From positions 978-64,977 of the forward strand of contig CAZWKA010000008.1 of NCBI GenBank assembly GCA_964634875.1: a stretch of DNA of 64,000 nt. The letters run 5' to 3'. Source of the stretch: an uncultured Gammaproteobacteria bacterium (lineage in GTDB: Bacteria; Patescibacteriota; Patescibacteriia; Magasanikbacterales; GWA2-37-8). The position numbers and the translations under genes were made by a program. Under the pieces are notes generated by a model, which did no database searches, was not told the origin of the DNA, and was given only the letters and a program-made list of their open reading frames with translations. Positions 1 to 10,530 of the stretch are shown one piece after another; position 1 is the stretch's first letter; the number at the start of each line of letters is the position of its first letter.

Positions 1-164
1 AAGTCCCCTGATTTGAGGCAATCGACAATATCATAAAAATGCTTATGATGGACGTCGTGTGTTTGTTTATCGATAACCATGAGTCGTGAATGATCGCGAG
101 GATCAATTGGCGTTTGGGCAATCCGATCCGATGGCAGTTCGAAATCAAATTCAGAAGTAAGCAT
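1..164 (-). CDS. queA: SAM:tRNA ribosyltransferase-isomerase QueA, 5' part only (runs off the window)
   Basis: Manual translation from ATG at 164 gives MLTSEFDFELPSDRIAQTPIDPRDHSRLMVID...LKSGD, the characteristic QueA N-terminus. Confidence 0.9.
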   Translation of the reverse strand, partial: MLTSEFDFELPSDRIAQTPIDPRDHSRLMVIDKQTHDVHHKHFYDIVDCLKSGD

Positions 165-185
165 AGTAAAAAATAATACAGGACA

Positions 186-1070
186 CTACAAATACTTAAA
201 GCGATTCTGGTTATGCTCGTCCAAAGTTTTTCCGTAATACATTTTTCCATCATTGCCCGTCAAAAAATACCAATAATCTGTCGAGGTTGGATCAAGTGTG
301 GCTTTAATCGATGTAACACTTGGGATCGAAATCGGCCCCGGTGGAAGACCTGGGTACTTGTACGTATTCCACAAAGAATCTATTGCGCGCTCTTCACTGG
401 TTGTAAATACGTCACCAGTCCTAGCTACAATATAATGCACACTTGAATCAACCTGAAGCGCCACACCAGCCGCAGCCCGTTGCCACAAAATACCAGCGAC
501 AATTTTTTTATCTTCCAGCGTCTGGGCTTCACGCTCCACGATGCTCGCCATCGTCATAACGTCATGAATAGTAAGATTTGGCAAACCTTTACCAGAACCA
601 AAAATTCGGCGCTGTAAACCAGCTTCCTCTATTGCCAGGTTTGCAAGTTCGGTAGCGCGCTGATCGAGAAGTTTTTTAACAATACTCTCAAGACTCGCAT
701 CCACAAATACCTGGTATGTCTCCGGTGCCAAATACCCTTCAAATGAAATCGTTGCAGGCTTACGACTGACAACTGTCAGTTCCGGAACCAAATTAGGGGG
801 CGGACCAGCCCGCTTGGAACGAATCTCCGCTGGCGTGCCTGTGATATCAAACAGGCTTTCCGTCGAACTAGCCAAGTTCATTTTCACCAAATAATCACCA
901 ATCTGGCGGAGATTCCAACCCGGCAAAAGGGTGATGGTAACTTCGGGGCGGGGAGGGATTGATACGGGGACAGAGGCGGGATGCACTGTACGGTACAACC
1001 ACCAACCTACAAACGGGGCAGCTAAAAAAACAAGGAGGCACAGAACAAAAATTTTTTTATTCAGAGACAT
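186..1070 (-). CDS. mltG: Endolytic transglycosylase MltG (YceG family)
   Basis: N-terminal TM helix; EGYLAPETY, ASIVEREA and WNTYKYPGLPPGPIS motifs. Confidence 0.92.
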   Translation of the reverse strand: MSLNKKIFVLCLLVFLAAPFVGWWLYRTVHPASVPVSIPPRPEVTITLLPGWNLRQIGDYLVKMNLASSTESLFDITGTPAEIRSKRAGPPPNLVPELTVVSRKPATISFEGYLAPETYQVFVDASLESIVKKLLDQRATELANLAIEEAGLQRRIFGSGKGLPNLTIHDVMTMASIVEREAQTLEDKKIVAGILWQRAAAGVALQVDSSVHYIVARTGDVFTTSEERAIDSLWNTYKYPGLPPGPISIPSVTSIKATLDPTSTDYWYFLTGNDGKMYYGKTLDEHNQNRFKYL

Positions 1071-1073
1071 AAC

Positions 1074-2159
1074 TTATAAATATTTTTTTAATCCGCGTTT
1101 TTCAATTTCCGGTAACAATTTTTTCACATCCTGTGCCCGATTTTTGGGACAGACCAAAAGAGCATCCGGGGTATCAACAATAACAATATTATCAAGACCA
1201 ACCGCTGCCACGATGTGTTTTTCTTCACCGTAGATCAGGCAATTCGTAGTATCAATATGAACAACGTTCCCCTTCACAACGTTGCCTTGCGCGTCCCCTT
1301 CTGGTTCACGAAGCTGCTCGTGGAGGACATCCCAAGCACCAATATCGCTCCACCCAAATTCTCCTTTAACGATTAGGACATCTTTTTTAGAGATGTTCTT
1401 AGTGATAGCATAATCAAACGAAATCTTCTCCAGCTGTTCGTATAGCGCACCGACCTCTTGATCTTTCTTGTTTTTAATTGCTGTAATAATTTGTTCTAAA
1501 ATTACACTCATCTTTGGCTGATAGCGTTTAAAAGCACCGAAAAATGAACGCGGAGTCCACATATAGTAGTTACCATGCCACAAATAATTGCCGCTGGTAA
1601 CATATTTTATAGCGCGACGCACATCTGGTTTTTCGGTATGGCCGGCAAAGGCATAGACCTTAACAGCATCTTTACCGCTCAATAGCTTTCCAATTTTAGT
1701 ATAGCCTAATACCGTACTTGGAAACGTAGCCGTTATACCCATATCCAAAAGCTTGCCTGTTGTAAGTACAAGCCCCTCAGCAACACCAAGAGTATCTAAA
1801 AATTTTTGTTGGTCAGCAATAAAATGATCGATTGGCACAAATACTACCGGCTCGTCAGGAGCGGTGACAAACAATTGCGCCACGACATATCCCATTGCGG
1901 GAGCAGTATCACGCCTGCTCGGTTCTACAATGAAGTGGCGGGCTGGTAAGCCAGGAAAAATTTTTTTGAGCGATGGCGCCAGCTCCTTGGTAACCGAAAA
2001 AAATATTTTATTTTTACCAAATCTTTTTACAAAACGATCATACGTTTCTTTAACCAACGGCTTCTTGCTAATCATTGGAAAAAATTGCTTTGGACTGTTC
2101 TTGCGTGCTAGCGGCCAGAGCCGTGTCCCTTGTCCCCCTGCCAGAATAACAATATTCAT
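1074..2159 (-). CDS. manC: Mannose-1-phosphate guanylyltransferase
   Basis: ILAGGQGTRLWPLAR..PKQF, EPSRRDTAPA, ISFDYA and GWSDIGAW motifs; C-terminal beta-helix. Confidence 0.9.
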   Translation of the reverse strand: MNIVILAGGQGTRLWPLARKNSPKQFFPMISKKPLVKETYDRFVKRFGKNKIFFSVTKELAPSLKKIFPGLPARHFIVEPSRRDTAPAMGYVVAQLFVTAPDEPVVFVPIDHFIADQQKFLDTLGVAEGLVLTTGKLLDMGITATFPSTVLGYTKIGKLLSGKDAVKVYAFAGHTEKPDVRRAIKYVTSGNYLWHGNYYMWTPRSFFGAFKRYQPKMSVILEQIITAIKNKKDQEVGALYEQLEKISFDYAITKNISKKDVLIVKGEFGWSDIGAWDVLHEQLREPEGDAQGNVVKGNVVHIDTTNCLIYGEEKHIVAAVGLDNIVIVDTPDALLVCPKNRAQDVKKLLPEIEKRGLKKYL

Positions 2160-2185
2160 AATAACAAACAGTAGTTAACAAATTC

Positions 2186-2731
2186 TTACGCTAACGATTT
2201 ATCCAAATACTCGAGGGCTTTATACCCAGCAAGCTGTACCCAGCCTTCAGCGAACTCGCTACTTCGAAGCATGCCTTCAAAGGTATTGCGCGAAACCAGC
2301 TCGACGGTAATATCTTCAGCGTCTTCAAGTGCTTGCTCACCCGGCAACGTAATATCCCGTGCCAAATAAAAATGAATAGTACCGGTAGTGTATTTTCCTT
2401 TGGCTACTCCACCTAAATGCACCATCTTGACTGCGGTGCACCCTGCTTCTTCGGCAAGCTCTTTGACAGCCGCCTCTTCGGGCTTAAGGCCTTCATCGAC
2501 CATGCCGGCAACAAGTGAAGCAACCTTTTTTTCAAGATTCACATAATACTGCCGGATTATTAAAAACTTTTCGTCAGACGTTACCCCTACGACAATTACC
2601 ACATCGTTTTCAACCTGAATTATAAAGTCTAGTTCCTTACCGTGCTGATTAAGCATTTTCCAATTCTCTATCTTTTTATGAGGATGATTGAAGATACTTT
2701 TTTTATCAATTGTCTTCCAGGTTTCAACCAT
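2186..2731 (-). CDS. NUDIX hydrolase (ADP-ribose pyrophosphatase-like)
   Basis: Nudix box AGMVDEGLKPEEAAVKELAEEAG. Confidence 0.88.
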   Translation of the reverse strand: MVETWKTIDKKSIFNHPHKKIENWKMLNQHGKELDFIIQVENDVVIVVGVTSDEKFLIIRQYYVNLEKKVASLVAGMVDEGLKPEEAAVKELAEEAGCTAVKMVHLGGVAKGKYTTGTIHFYLARDITLPGEQALEDAEDITVELVSRNTFEGMLRSSEFAEGWVQLAGYKALEYLDKSLA

Positions 2732-2738
2732 ACGTTTA

Positions 2739-3260
2739 CTATAACGACCCTAAAAAATAAAAGAGGCTTGAAACGAGCCCGGCAACCACCGCACCACCAA
2801 CAATATCGAGCGGATAATGAACACCGGCATATACTCTCCCCCACGACACCCAAAGCGCCCCAAGAGCTAGCGGCCACGCTACCGGAAGATGGAACAAAAT
2901 CGCAGCAAAAAAGATCAACCAAGCGGTCATGCCGTGGTCAGATGGAAAGGACTTCCAAGACATTAAGGGGGTAAAGAGCAGCTTGCTTTGTGGATAGGTA
3001 ACGTGGGGCCGAGGTTCCCGGACAATTTTTCCGATACCCATATCAATCAACCAACCCAACGACCAAACACAGCCGATAAAGAGCAGTTGCCCAAACGACG
3101 TAAAGCGGTCAGGCCAATTTTCAATCAAAATTGAAGCGGCCAAGTAGCCTCCCATGGCCAAAATAACATATTCCGCACCAACTTTACCAAAAAAATCTAG
3201 GGCTGCGCTGCGGCCAACCAAAGAATTAATTTTGAAAAAAAGACGAGTATTGAGGCTCAT
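2739..3260 (-). CDS. PAP2-family membrane phosphatase (undecaprenyl-PP phosphatase-like)
   Basis: REPRP, SFPSDH and GRVYAGVHYPLD motifs; several TM segments. Confidence 0.88.
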   Translation of the reverse strand: MSLNTRLFFKINSLVGRSAALDFFGKVGAEYVILAMGGYLAASILIENWPDRFTSFGQLLFIGCVWSLGWLIDMGIGKIVREPRPHVTYPQSKLLFTPLMSWKSFPSDHGMTAWLIFFAAILFHLPVAWPLALGALWVSWGRVYAGVHYPLDIVGGAVVAGLVSSLFYFLGSL

Positions 3261-3363
3261 AGTATAGCTAGTATCCTACCAATTTTAGCTATTTCTGGCA
3301 ACCTCAAATCAGCCCTGTTTTAGCTTGAAAAAGATTTATTACCTGCTATAATGGGGGCATTTC

Positions 3364-3436
3364 GCGCCCATAGCTCAGCGGTTAGAGCGCCACCCTTATA
3401 AGGTGGATGTCGATGGTTCAATTCCATCTGGGCGCA
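3364..3436 (+). tRNA. tRNA-Ile (anticodon TAT); CCA not encoded
   Basis: Cloverleaf: acceptor GCGCCCA/TGGGCGC, D arm GCTC/GAGC, anticodon arm CCACC-CTTATAA-GGTGG, T arm GATGG-TTCAATT-CCATC; upstream TTGAAA-17-TATAAT promoter. Confidence 0.95.
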
Positions 3437-3460
3437 CATTTTATCTATAACCCAGAGCAT

Positions 3461-3757
3461 ATGTCACTTACTCCTCCACCCCGGCGCCCCAGCGGCACCA
3501 TCGGTATTGGCGGCAGTTTAGGTCGGCCGAGCACTCCAGCTCCAAGCAGCGCCCCAAAAGGCCTGACCAGCATCAGCCAGATGCATGAGTCATCGCATAT
3601 TTACCAAGTTGGCGACTCGACCAGCATGCACGGATCAAGCGAAGGCGCTGGCAGCCACGCTATTGGCAGCATCGCTCAAACGCTTAAAAAGGGCGGACTT
3701 GGAGGGCCGACCAAGCCGTCCGGCGGCACCAGACCTATCATGCCGCTCCTTAAATAA
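3461..3757 (+). CDS. Small G/S/P-rich, probably disordered hypothetical protein
   Basis: TATG start at 3461 just after the tRNA; followed by a terminator. The longer 3407 start overlaps the tRNA. Confidence 0.6.
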   Translation: MSLTPPPRRPSGTIGIGGSLGRPSTPAPSSAPKGLTSISQMHESSHIYQVGDSTSMHGSSEGAGSHAIGSIAQTLKKGGLGGPTKPSGGTRPIMPLLK

Positions 3758-3791
3758 ATAAAAATCCGCCGCTGAGGCGGATTTTTATTTT
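3757..3791 (+). terminator. Intrinsic terminator
   Basis: AAAAATCCGCC-gctga-GGCGGATTTTT followed by T-rich tail. Confidence 0.8.
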
Positions 3792-3858
3792 TATAAAACA
3801 AAACTTTAAAACTTGTAATTTTGGCTTGAATAAGCTATACTTGACCGAACATACTTGT

Positions 3859-4833
3859 ATGGTCAAAAAACTTCCGGACACAATTATCATTACTCCCGAA
3901 ACAGCCGCTCGCCGGCTAGATGTTTTTTTAGCCGAAAAACTTAGTGTTAGCCGCTCACAAGCACAAAAAATGATTGAGGAAGAATTGGTTCAGGTAAATG
4001 GCAAACTCCCTCGCAAGGCTGGCGATTCACTATCCGCCGGAGCAAAGATTACCTTCAGCTCCCCTGCCCTAGCGCCAAACATTACAATAACCACTGAAAA
4101 GAAAGCGGCTTCAAAAGCCGAACCAAAATTAGAAATAATTGCCGAAACACCTGATTATATCGTTATTAACAAACCCACTGGCCTGCTCACACACGTCACA
4201 CTCGCTAAAGAAAAAAATTCGGTTGCTTCGATTTTAAGCAAAAAATATCCGGAAATTAAAAAAATCGGCGACGATCCCAAGCGGCCAGGTATTGTTCACC
4301 GTCTTGATAAAGACGCCTCAGGCCTCCTGGTAGTCGCACGCACTCAAGCGATGTTTGAACATCTCAAAAACCAATTTAAAAAACGCACGATTGAAAAAGA
4401 ATACTCGGTATTAGTACATGGTAAAGTTGCTAAAGATTGGGATGAAATTAATTTTCCACTTTCTCGTTCGCAAAATAATGATCGCATGGCTGCACACCCG
4501 GAAATGATGCGCGGCAAAGTTAACGCTATCGGCAAAGAAGCTAAAACTGAATTTTTACTTGAAAAGCGTTTTGTTAACTTCGGTCTTTTAAAAGTTAAAA
4601 TCCATACGGGCCGCATGCACCAAATCCGCGCGCATATGCTGGCCTACAACCATCCGGTGGTTGGCGACCCGCTTTACTTTCAAAAGAAGCGTAAGCATCG
4701 CTGGGATGATGAGCTGGGACGCTTGTTCTTACATTCCACCAAACTAGGCTTTGTTGACCTGGAAGGAAATACTCAAGTTTTTGAATCTCCACTTCCTACA
4801 CAATTGTCTAATTTTTTGAAAAAACTAAAGTAA
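3859..4833 (+). CDS. rluD: RluA-family pseudouridine synthase with S4 domain
   Basis: S4 domain RLDVFLA..SRSQAQKMI; catalytic GIVHRLDKDASG; TGRMHQIRAH. Confidence 0.9.
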   Translation: MVKKLPDTIIITPETAARRLDVFLAEKLSVSRSQAQKMIEEELVQVNGKLPRKAGDSLSAGAKITFSSPALAPNITITTEKKAASKAEPKLEIIAETPDYIVINKPTGLLTHVTLAKEKNSVASILSKKYPEIKKIGDDPKRPGIVHRLDKDASGLLVVARTQAMFEHLKNQFKKRTIEKEYSVLVHGKVAKDWDEINFPLSRSQNNDRMAAHPEMMRGKVNAIGKEAKTEFLLEKRFVNFGLLKVKIHTGRMHQIRAHMLAYNHPVVGDPLYFQKKRKHRWDDELGRLFLHSTKLGFVDLEGNTQVFESPLPTQLSNFLKKLK

Positions 4834-4851
4834 CACAAATTACTTTCTTGT

Positions 4852-5439
4852 ATGTACCCCCTTATAATTATTAGCGGCCCAGCCGGAGTCGGAAAAACAA
4901 CTGTGGCCAAGGCTCTATTCAAAATATATCCCGAATTACGATCAAGTGTAACCTACACAACACGCAAGCCGCGCACGCTTTCGACCGAGGATAAAAAAAT
5001 GTACTACGTCAGCGTGGAAGAATTTACCAAGAAAAAAGATGAGAACGGCTTTCTCGAATGGGCCAAGGTTCATGGCGACTTCTATGGCACCGCAAAAGAC
5101 GAGACCGTCGAAATACTCAAGAGCAATCCGGTTCTCTTCAACATTGACGTCCAGGGTGCCGACCAACTCATGAAAACATTCCCCGGGAACTGTATTACCA
5201 TTTTTTTAGTTCCCGAGTCCCAGGAGCAAATGGTTGACCATATCAAAAACAGAGGCGAGATGTCCGAAGGCGACTTCCAGACCAGGTTAAAATCAGCCGA
5301 ATTTGAACTCGGAAAACGCGATATGTTCCAGAACCAAATTGTCAATAAAGAGGGTAAATTGTCCGAAACTATCGATAAAATAGCCAAAATTATCGAGCCC
5401 GCCATTGCTGCCGCCTCAGGTATTGACAAAAATGCCTAA
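4852..5439 (+). CDS. gmk: Guanylate kinase
   Basis: ISGPAGVGKTT P-loop; TYTTRKPR, FLEWAKVHGDFYGT, IDVQGA. Confidence 0.95.
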   Translation: MYPLIIISGPAGVGKTTVAKALFKIYPELRSSVTYTTRKPRTLSTEDKKMYYVSVEEFTKKKDENGFLEWAKVHGDFYGTAKDETVEILKSNPVLFNIDVQGADQLMKTFPGNCITIFLVPESQEQMVDHIKNRGEMSEGDFQTRLKSAEFELGKRDMFQNQIVNKEGKLSETIDKIAKIIEPAIAAASGIDKNA

Positions 5440-5530
5440 CTTAGCTAAAATAGGCCTACCTTATTTACTTCAGAGCTGGCACCGGCCCTTTCGCTGGACA
5501 CTCGAAATCACATTTTAACCCAAGATTTGT

Positions 5531-5887
5531 ATGGCCGAAGAAATGAAAGCAAACGCTCCAGTCCAGTATAAACCGGGCATGGTCGTCAAAGTCCACCAAA
5601 AAATTAAAGAAACCAACACTAAGGGCGAAGAAAAAGAACGTATCCAGATCTACGAAGGCACCATTATTTCCGTCAAACATGGTTCTGAAGCTGGTGCGAC
5701 AATTACCGTTCGCAAAGTTTCCGAAGGCATTGGCGTAGAAAAAATCTATCCGATCCTCTCTCCGGTTATCGCTAAAATTGAAATCGTCCGCGAGTTCGAA
5801 GTTCGCCGCGCCAAACTCAACTTCCTGCGCGACAAAGACTTTAAGCGTAAAATGGTTGAAAAGAAGGCTCCAGTTGCTGCAAAATAA
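5531..5887 (+). CDS. rplS: 50S ribosomal protein L19
   Basis: [35 protein letters not shown]; promoter TTGACA-17-TAAAAT at 5423-5451. Confidence 0.97.
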   Translation: MAEEMKANAPVQYKPGMVVKVHQKIKETNTKGEEKERIQIYEGTIISVKHGSEAGATITVRKVSEGIGVEKIYPILSPVIAKIEIVREFEVRRAKLNFLRDKDFKRKMVEKKAPVAAK

Positions 5888-5893
5888 GATTAA

Positions 5894-5933
5894 AATTAAA
5901 AAACCTCCGTTCAAAAACGGAGGTTTTTTAATT
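5894..5933. terminator. Bidirectional intrinsic terminator
   Basis: AAAAAACCTCCGTT-caaa-AACGGAGGTTTTTT between convergent genes. Confidence 0.85.
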
Positions 5934-5942
5934 ACTACCAAA

Positions 5943-6341
5943 TTAGAGCAGTTGAGTAAAGCCAAGATCTACTAAAGTCGCGACAGCTTTCTTAAAGCCA
6001 TCCTCTCTGATCAACATGTAATCCTTCGAATAAGTTGAGACAATGGAGAGATTCAACTGAGCATCTGCTATCGCCTGACTAATCGTCGCCAAAAAACCAA
6101 CAGCGTACAACGGCACTGAAGCATGCAAAGTAATCAGGCGATAAAAATATCTATTTTTTTCAAGGAGCTGCAGCTCCGCTAACAAGGCCTCTTTGGTTAC
6201 AACCGTAATTTCATCTGCATCATGCGTTATCAGGAAATGACTACCTTTTACCGGCACCACTGACACTTTCGCATACACATACCTGTCTTCCTCTACGCGA
6301 AAACTACTTTGGTGGATTATTTCTTCAATAGGACTTTGCAC
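5943..6341 (-). CDS. ACT-domain protein (CASTOR/DUF2241-like)
   Basis: DEITVV, VGFLATISQAIADA and IVSTYSKDYMLI pattern; GTG start at 6341 preferred because the 6377 start overlaps uvrA. Confidence 0.75.
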   Translation of the reverse strand: MQSPIEEIIHQSSFRVEEDRYVYAKVSVVPVKGSHFLITHDADEITVVTKEALLAELQLLEKNRYFYRLITLHASVPLYAVGFLATISQAIADAQLNLSIVSTYSKDYMLIREDGFKKAVATLVDLGFTQLL

Positions 6342-6352
6342 ACCGCTTTCGC

Positions 6353-9145
6353 TTACAGAAGATACTTGCCGGTCCAACTTTTCTTACACTTCCGGATGTC
6401 GTCCGGAGTACCTACCGCAACGACTTCCCCGCCCCCGTCGCCACCTTCGGGCCCCATATCAATCACCCAATCGGCCGAACGGATGAGTTCGACATTGTGC
6501 TCGATGATAAGAACGCTATTCCCCTTTTCAACCAAACGATCTAAGACTTGCAGCAACCGTTTGATATCTTCAAAGTGCAAACCGGTCGTTGGCTCATCGA
6601 GAATATACAAAGTCTTGCCAGTAGAATGACGCGATAGCTCCAAAGATAATTTGATACGCTGCGCTTCACCGCCCGAAAGGGTGGTGGCGGACTGTCCGAG
6701 CTGGACATAACCCAAACCAACTTCGCGCAGCACATTCAATTTTTCCGCAATCGGTGCAACATCAGCAAAGAATTGATAGGCTTCTTCAACAGTCATGCGC
6801 AAGACGTCCGCAATATGCTTATTGTGGTAGTGTACTTCCAGAGCTTCGCGGTTATACCGCCAGCCATTGCACTCATTACATTCCACGAACACATCAGCCA
6901 AAAATTGCATCGGGATACGGATAGAACCGTCCCCTGAACAGGCTTCACAGCGTCCACCACCTTTAACGTTAAAACTAAATTTACCCGCGTCATACCCGCG
7001 CATACGGGCTTCCGGCAGCGCAGCAAAAAGGTCGCGGATCAAATTAAAGATACCGGTATAGGTCGCTGGGTTCGAACGCGGCGTGCGGCCGATCGGTGAT
7101 TGGTCGATCGCAATAACTTTATCAATATTTGATAAACCCTTAATAGATTTGTGAAGCCCAGGCTCTTCTTTGGCTCGATAAAAATGCTTAGCCAGAGCCT
7201 TACTCAGGATATCAATAATCAGAGTTGATTTTCCTGAACCCGACACCCCGGTAACACAGACCAGCTGACCCAGGGGAATTTCAACATCAACATTCTTTAG
7301 ATTGTGTGCCTGAGCACCTGTAATAACAATTGATTTCGTACCTGCAGCGCCTTTTTTAGGCATCTTTTTGCGGCGAGCAATCGTTGTCCGGCCAAACAAA
7401 TAATCTGCCGTGAGGGATTGTTTTACCTTCTTCAAATCCGGCAAGGTTCCGGCTCCCATCAGCTCACCTCCATACACCCCGGCTCCCGGACCAATGTCAA
7501 TCAGATAGTCAGCGGCATGCATCATTGTCGCATCGTGTTCAACAACGACAATCGAATTACCAAGGTCACGGAGATATTTTAATGTTTCAATTAATTTTTT
7601 AGTGTCACGCGGATGGAGACCGACTGACGGCTCATCTAAAATATAGATAATACCAGACAAACCACTGGATAATTGCGTCGCCAAACGCACGCGGGTAACC
7701 TCACCACCCGAAAGCGTATTCATTGCACGATCTAAGTTCAGGTAACTTAAACCAACCCGCTCCAAATTACCAAGACGAGGGACGATTTCTTTGGTAATAA
7801 GCTGCATGATCTTTGACTTGGAAGCTTTTGCTTTGGTTTGCAAAATCTCTTTCATCTCTTCGATACTCATGGAGGCGAGTTCTGAGATTGTATATTCCCC
7901 AATTCTTACTGATAAAGACTCGGGACGCAAACGCTTGCCTTGGCAGACAGAGCAGATCTTTTCGCGCATATACTGTTCAATTTCTTTGCGCACATACTCC
8001 GAAGTCGTCTCGAGGTGTTTGGCCATGAGGTCTGGGATAACCCCTGGGAACGTGATTTTTTTACCTTCTACCAGGAAGGTTTCCGGTCCCGTGCCATACA
8101 AAATGACATTAAGCGCTTTGGCTGCAAGATCAGCAACCGGAGTATTTAGTGAGAAGCCGTGGCGTTCCGAAACTGCTACTAATAATTTTTGGTAGGCATT
8201 ATGACTTCCTGTAATACGTGTCCAGGGCTGAATCGCTCCTTCCGCGAGGGTCAAGCGCATATTCGGAATAACCAAGCTAGCATCAACTTCCATCGTAACC
8301 CCAAGCCCAGTACAGCGCTGACAAGCGCCGTAGGGACTGTTGAAACTAAAACTACGCATATCAAGAACTGGCATGGTACGTCCGCAGTTGGAGCACAAGC
8401 CGATCGTTGAAAAAACGTGCGTTTTTTCATTGATGAGCACATGAACCAAGCCATCACTGAGGTCCAGAGCAACTTCTACCGGCTTCGTCGGGTCTTGTTT
8501 TTTAACATCAACAATCTTGCCGATCAACAACTCAACGTTATAGGTACTTGTTGCGTCAAAATCATACTGGGGAAGCTCGTTGATTTTGAGCTCTTCACCG
8601 TCGATACGGAGCCACTCATAACCCGACTTCTCTACTTGTTCAATGAGCGCCTTATGATCAACTTTGCCTTTACGGATAAGAGGCGCATAAATAAGCACAG
8701 GTGAATTTTTTCGCGCCAACGTTCGAACTGCTTCCACGACTTCGCCAGACGTATGGGTTTCAACTAAAATATGGCAATCAGGGCAATACTGTTCGCCGGC
8801 TCTTGCAAACAACAAGCGTAAATAGTCATACACCTCGGTAACTGTACCGACAGTAGAACGCGGGTTTTGAGTAAAAATTTTCTGATCAATTGCAATTGTC
8901 GGAGACAGCCCATCAATCGAATCAACATCGGGCTTATCACGAGTTTCCATGAATTGGCGGGCGTAGCTTGACAGCGACTCAGCATAACGGCGCTGGCCTT
9001 CGGCGTAGATCGTATCAAATGCCAAGCTTGATTTTCCCGAACCTGATAAACCAGTGACGACGACTAGTTTATTTTTAGGAATTTCAATTGTCAGGTTCTT
9101 CAAGTTATGGACGCGCGCTCCTTTAATGACAATGTTTTCAGACAT
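6353..9145 (-). CDS. uvrA: Excinuclease ABC subunit A, full-length paralog with insertion domain
   Basis: Two Walker A motifs ([18 protein letters not shown]), LSGGE signatures, Zn fingers, [11 protein letters not shown]. Confidence 0.96.
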   Translation of the reverse strand: MSENIVIKGARVHNLKNLTIEIPKNKLVVVTGLSGSGKSSLAFDTIYAEGQRRYAESLSSYARQFMETRDKPDVDSIDGLSPTIAIDQKIFTQNPRSTVGTVTEVYDYLRLLFARAGEQYCPDCHILVETHTSGEVVEAVRTLARKNSPVLIYAPLIRKGKVDHKALIEQVEKSGYEWLRIDGEELKINELPQYDFDATSTYNVELLIGKIVDVKKQDPTKPVEVALDLSDGLVHVLINEKTHVFSTIGLCSNCGRTMPVLDMRSFSFNSPYGACQRCTGLGVTMEVDASLVIPNMRLTLAEGAIQPWTRITGSHNAYQKLLVAVSERHGFSLNTPVADLAAKALNVILYGTGPETFLVEGKKITFPGVIPDLMAKHLETTSEYVRKEIEQYMREKICSVCQGKRLRPESLSVRIGEYTISELASMSIEEMKEILQTKAKASKSKIMQLITKEIVPRLGNLERVGLSYLNLDRAMNTLSGGEVTRVRLATQLSSGLSGIIYILDEPSVGLHPRDTKKLIETLKYLRDLGNSIVVVEHDATMMHAADYLIDIGPGAGVYGGELMGAGTLPDLKKVKQSLTADYLFGRTTIARRKKMPKKGAAGTKSIVITGAQAHNLKNVDVEIPLGQLVCVTGVSGSGKSTLIIDILSKALAKHFYRAKEEPGLHKSIKGLSNIDKVIAIDQSPIGRTPRSNPATYTGIFNLIRDLFAALPEARMRGYDAGKFSFNVKGGGRCEACSGDGSIRIPMQFLADVFVECNECNGWRYNREALEVHYHNKHIADVLRMTVEEAYQFFADVAPIAEKLNVLREVGLGYVQLGQSATTLSGGEAQRIKLSLELSRHSTGKTLYILDEPTTGLHFEDIKRLLQVLDRLVEKGNSVLIIEHNVELIRSADWVIDMGPEGGDGGGEVVAVGTPDDIRKCKKSWTGKYLL

Positions 9146-9150
9146 ACAGA

Positions 9151-10521
9151 TTATTTAAAATATTGCTCGTAGTTAAAACCTTCACTGGAATGGTGGATAT
9201 AGGAAGCTTCGATATTGAGCTCCAAACCTTTAGCCAACATTTCTTCGGTGATTAAATATTTTTTATCAATCTTGGCTCGATTCAGGTCGTTCCTAAAAAA
9301 ACTATTCGTACCCAAATCAACTGCTTTCTTCCCATCATAACCGATCCAATGGTCTTGATCGGTAATATTGATGTTACATGACTTATTCATTTCAAACTTG
9401 ATGACGTAACCTTTTAGCGGGGAATTCTTGCTAAACGTATCTTTTGCTTTTTTAATTTCTTCCGGTGAAACAGCTAAAACATACTCTTGATAGTCACCGA
9501 AGGTCTGGCCTCGAGCAGTCCCACCAATTTCACCCGAAGTTCCGTTCTCGTTTACCCACCACAACTCTTCTTCAGAAACATCAATCATTTTGGGATAGCT
9601 CCAACCATTAAACAAAGGATTTAAACAGCCTGGGTCACGCAATGGCGAAATATACGTTACCTTACCGCTCACCGTCCCTTTTATGCAGTTATAGGGGTTG
9701 GCCGGGTCTTTGCCACCAAAACCAACACACACTGTTCCAGGTCCTCCACAATAATCCCCAAAACAGGTTGCTGCTCCGGCATTTTGGATAAAAAACCGAT
9801 GGCCGCAATAGAACTTTTCTAAGTTGGCCTGCTTCTTATCTTCAAGCGACAAGTCAAACTGAGTTTTTTCATCCTGCTTGACTGGCGATTTTTGATCTTT
9901 AAAATCTTTAGCAAAAGCAAACTTGGTCGAAGGGGCTGTTTGAGAACAAAACGTTGGCGCATAGGCCTGCGGCTTCACCATCCAGACATTCGGCAAACGG
10001 AAACTGACCAGGTCAGGATTGAGGGTGCTTAAGATAAAATACGACAGGTACGCGATCAAAAGGCCGACCAACGCCCCAGCAATCCGGCCTTTAGAGTGCG
10101 TAATTGTTTCGCTGTTACCACCGGACAGCGCCCATTGGAAACCAGAAACAATAATAACAAGCACAGAAACTATTCCAGCGATACCGATCGCATACTTATA
10201 CATCGAACCAATGAAATCACCAATGTGTTCAAACTGCGTACGACCACCAAAAGCAATCGACGTTTTGGTTTGGCCTGCCGGTAAACATTTCCCCCAATCC
10301 TGACCTTTGCAGTCGCCTGAATTTTCAATCCAGCCTTTGGCCAGTGCTTCTGGGCTCGCTCCAGCGTCGAGGATTGCTCGCTGAGCAATGCAATCCGCTT
10401 TATGCCAGCAAAGTGGGTTGTACTCAGGAATAACCGGCTCACCTTGAGCAAACACGGGGACAGCCAAGGCAATACTGAAAGCGAAGGCAAAAAAAATGAG
10501 GCCACCTATTCTTTTAAACAT
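9151..10521 (-). CDS. Pilin-domain (T4SS_pilin/TrbC-like) protein with Cys-rich extracellular extension
   Basis: Signal peptide; core [27 protein letters not shown]...[22 protein letters not shown] typical of CPR pilins; many Cys. Confidence 0.75.
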   Translation of the reverse strand: MFKRIGGLIFFAFAFSIALAVPVFAQGEPVIPEYNPLCWHKADCIAQRAILDAGASPEALAKGWIENSGDCKGQDWGKCLPAGQTKTSIAFGGRTQFEHIGDFIGSMYKYAIGIAGIVSVLVIIVSGFQWALSGGNSETITHSKGRIAGALVGLLIAYLSYFILSTLNPDLVSFRLPNVWMVKPQAYAPTFCSQTAPSTKFAFAKDFKDQKSPVKQDEKTQFDLSLEDKKQANLEKFYCGHRFFIQNAGAATCFGDYCGGPGTVCVGFGGKDPANPYNCIKGTVSGKVTYISPLRDPGCLNPLFNGWSYPKMIDVSEEELWWVNENGTSGEIGGTARGQTFGDYQEYVLAVSPEEIKKAKDTFSKNSPLKGYVIKFEMNKSCNINITDQDHWIGYDGKKAVDLGTNSFFRNDLNRAKIDKKYLITEEMLAKGLELNIEASYIHHSSEGFNYEQYFK

Positions 10522-10530
10522 AGCAAAATA

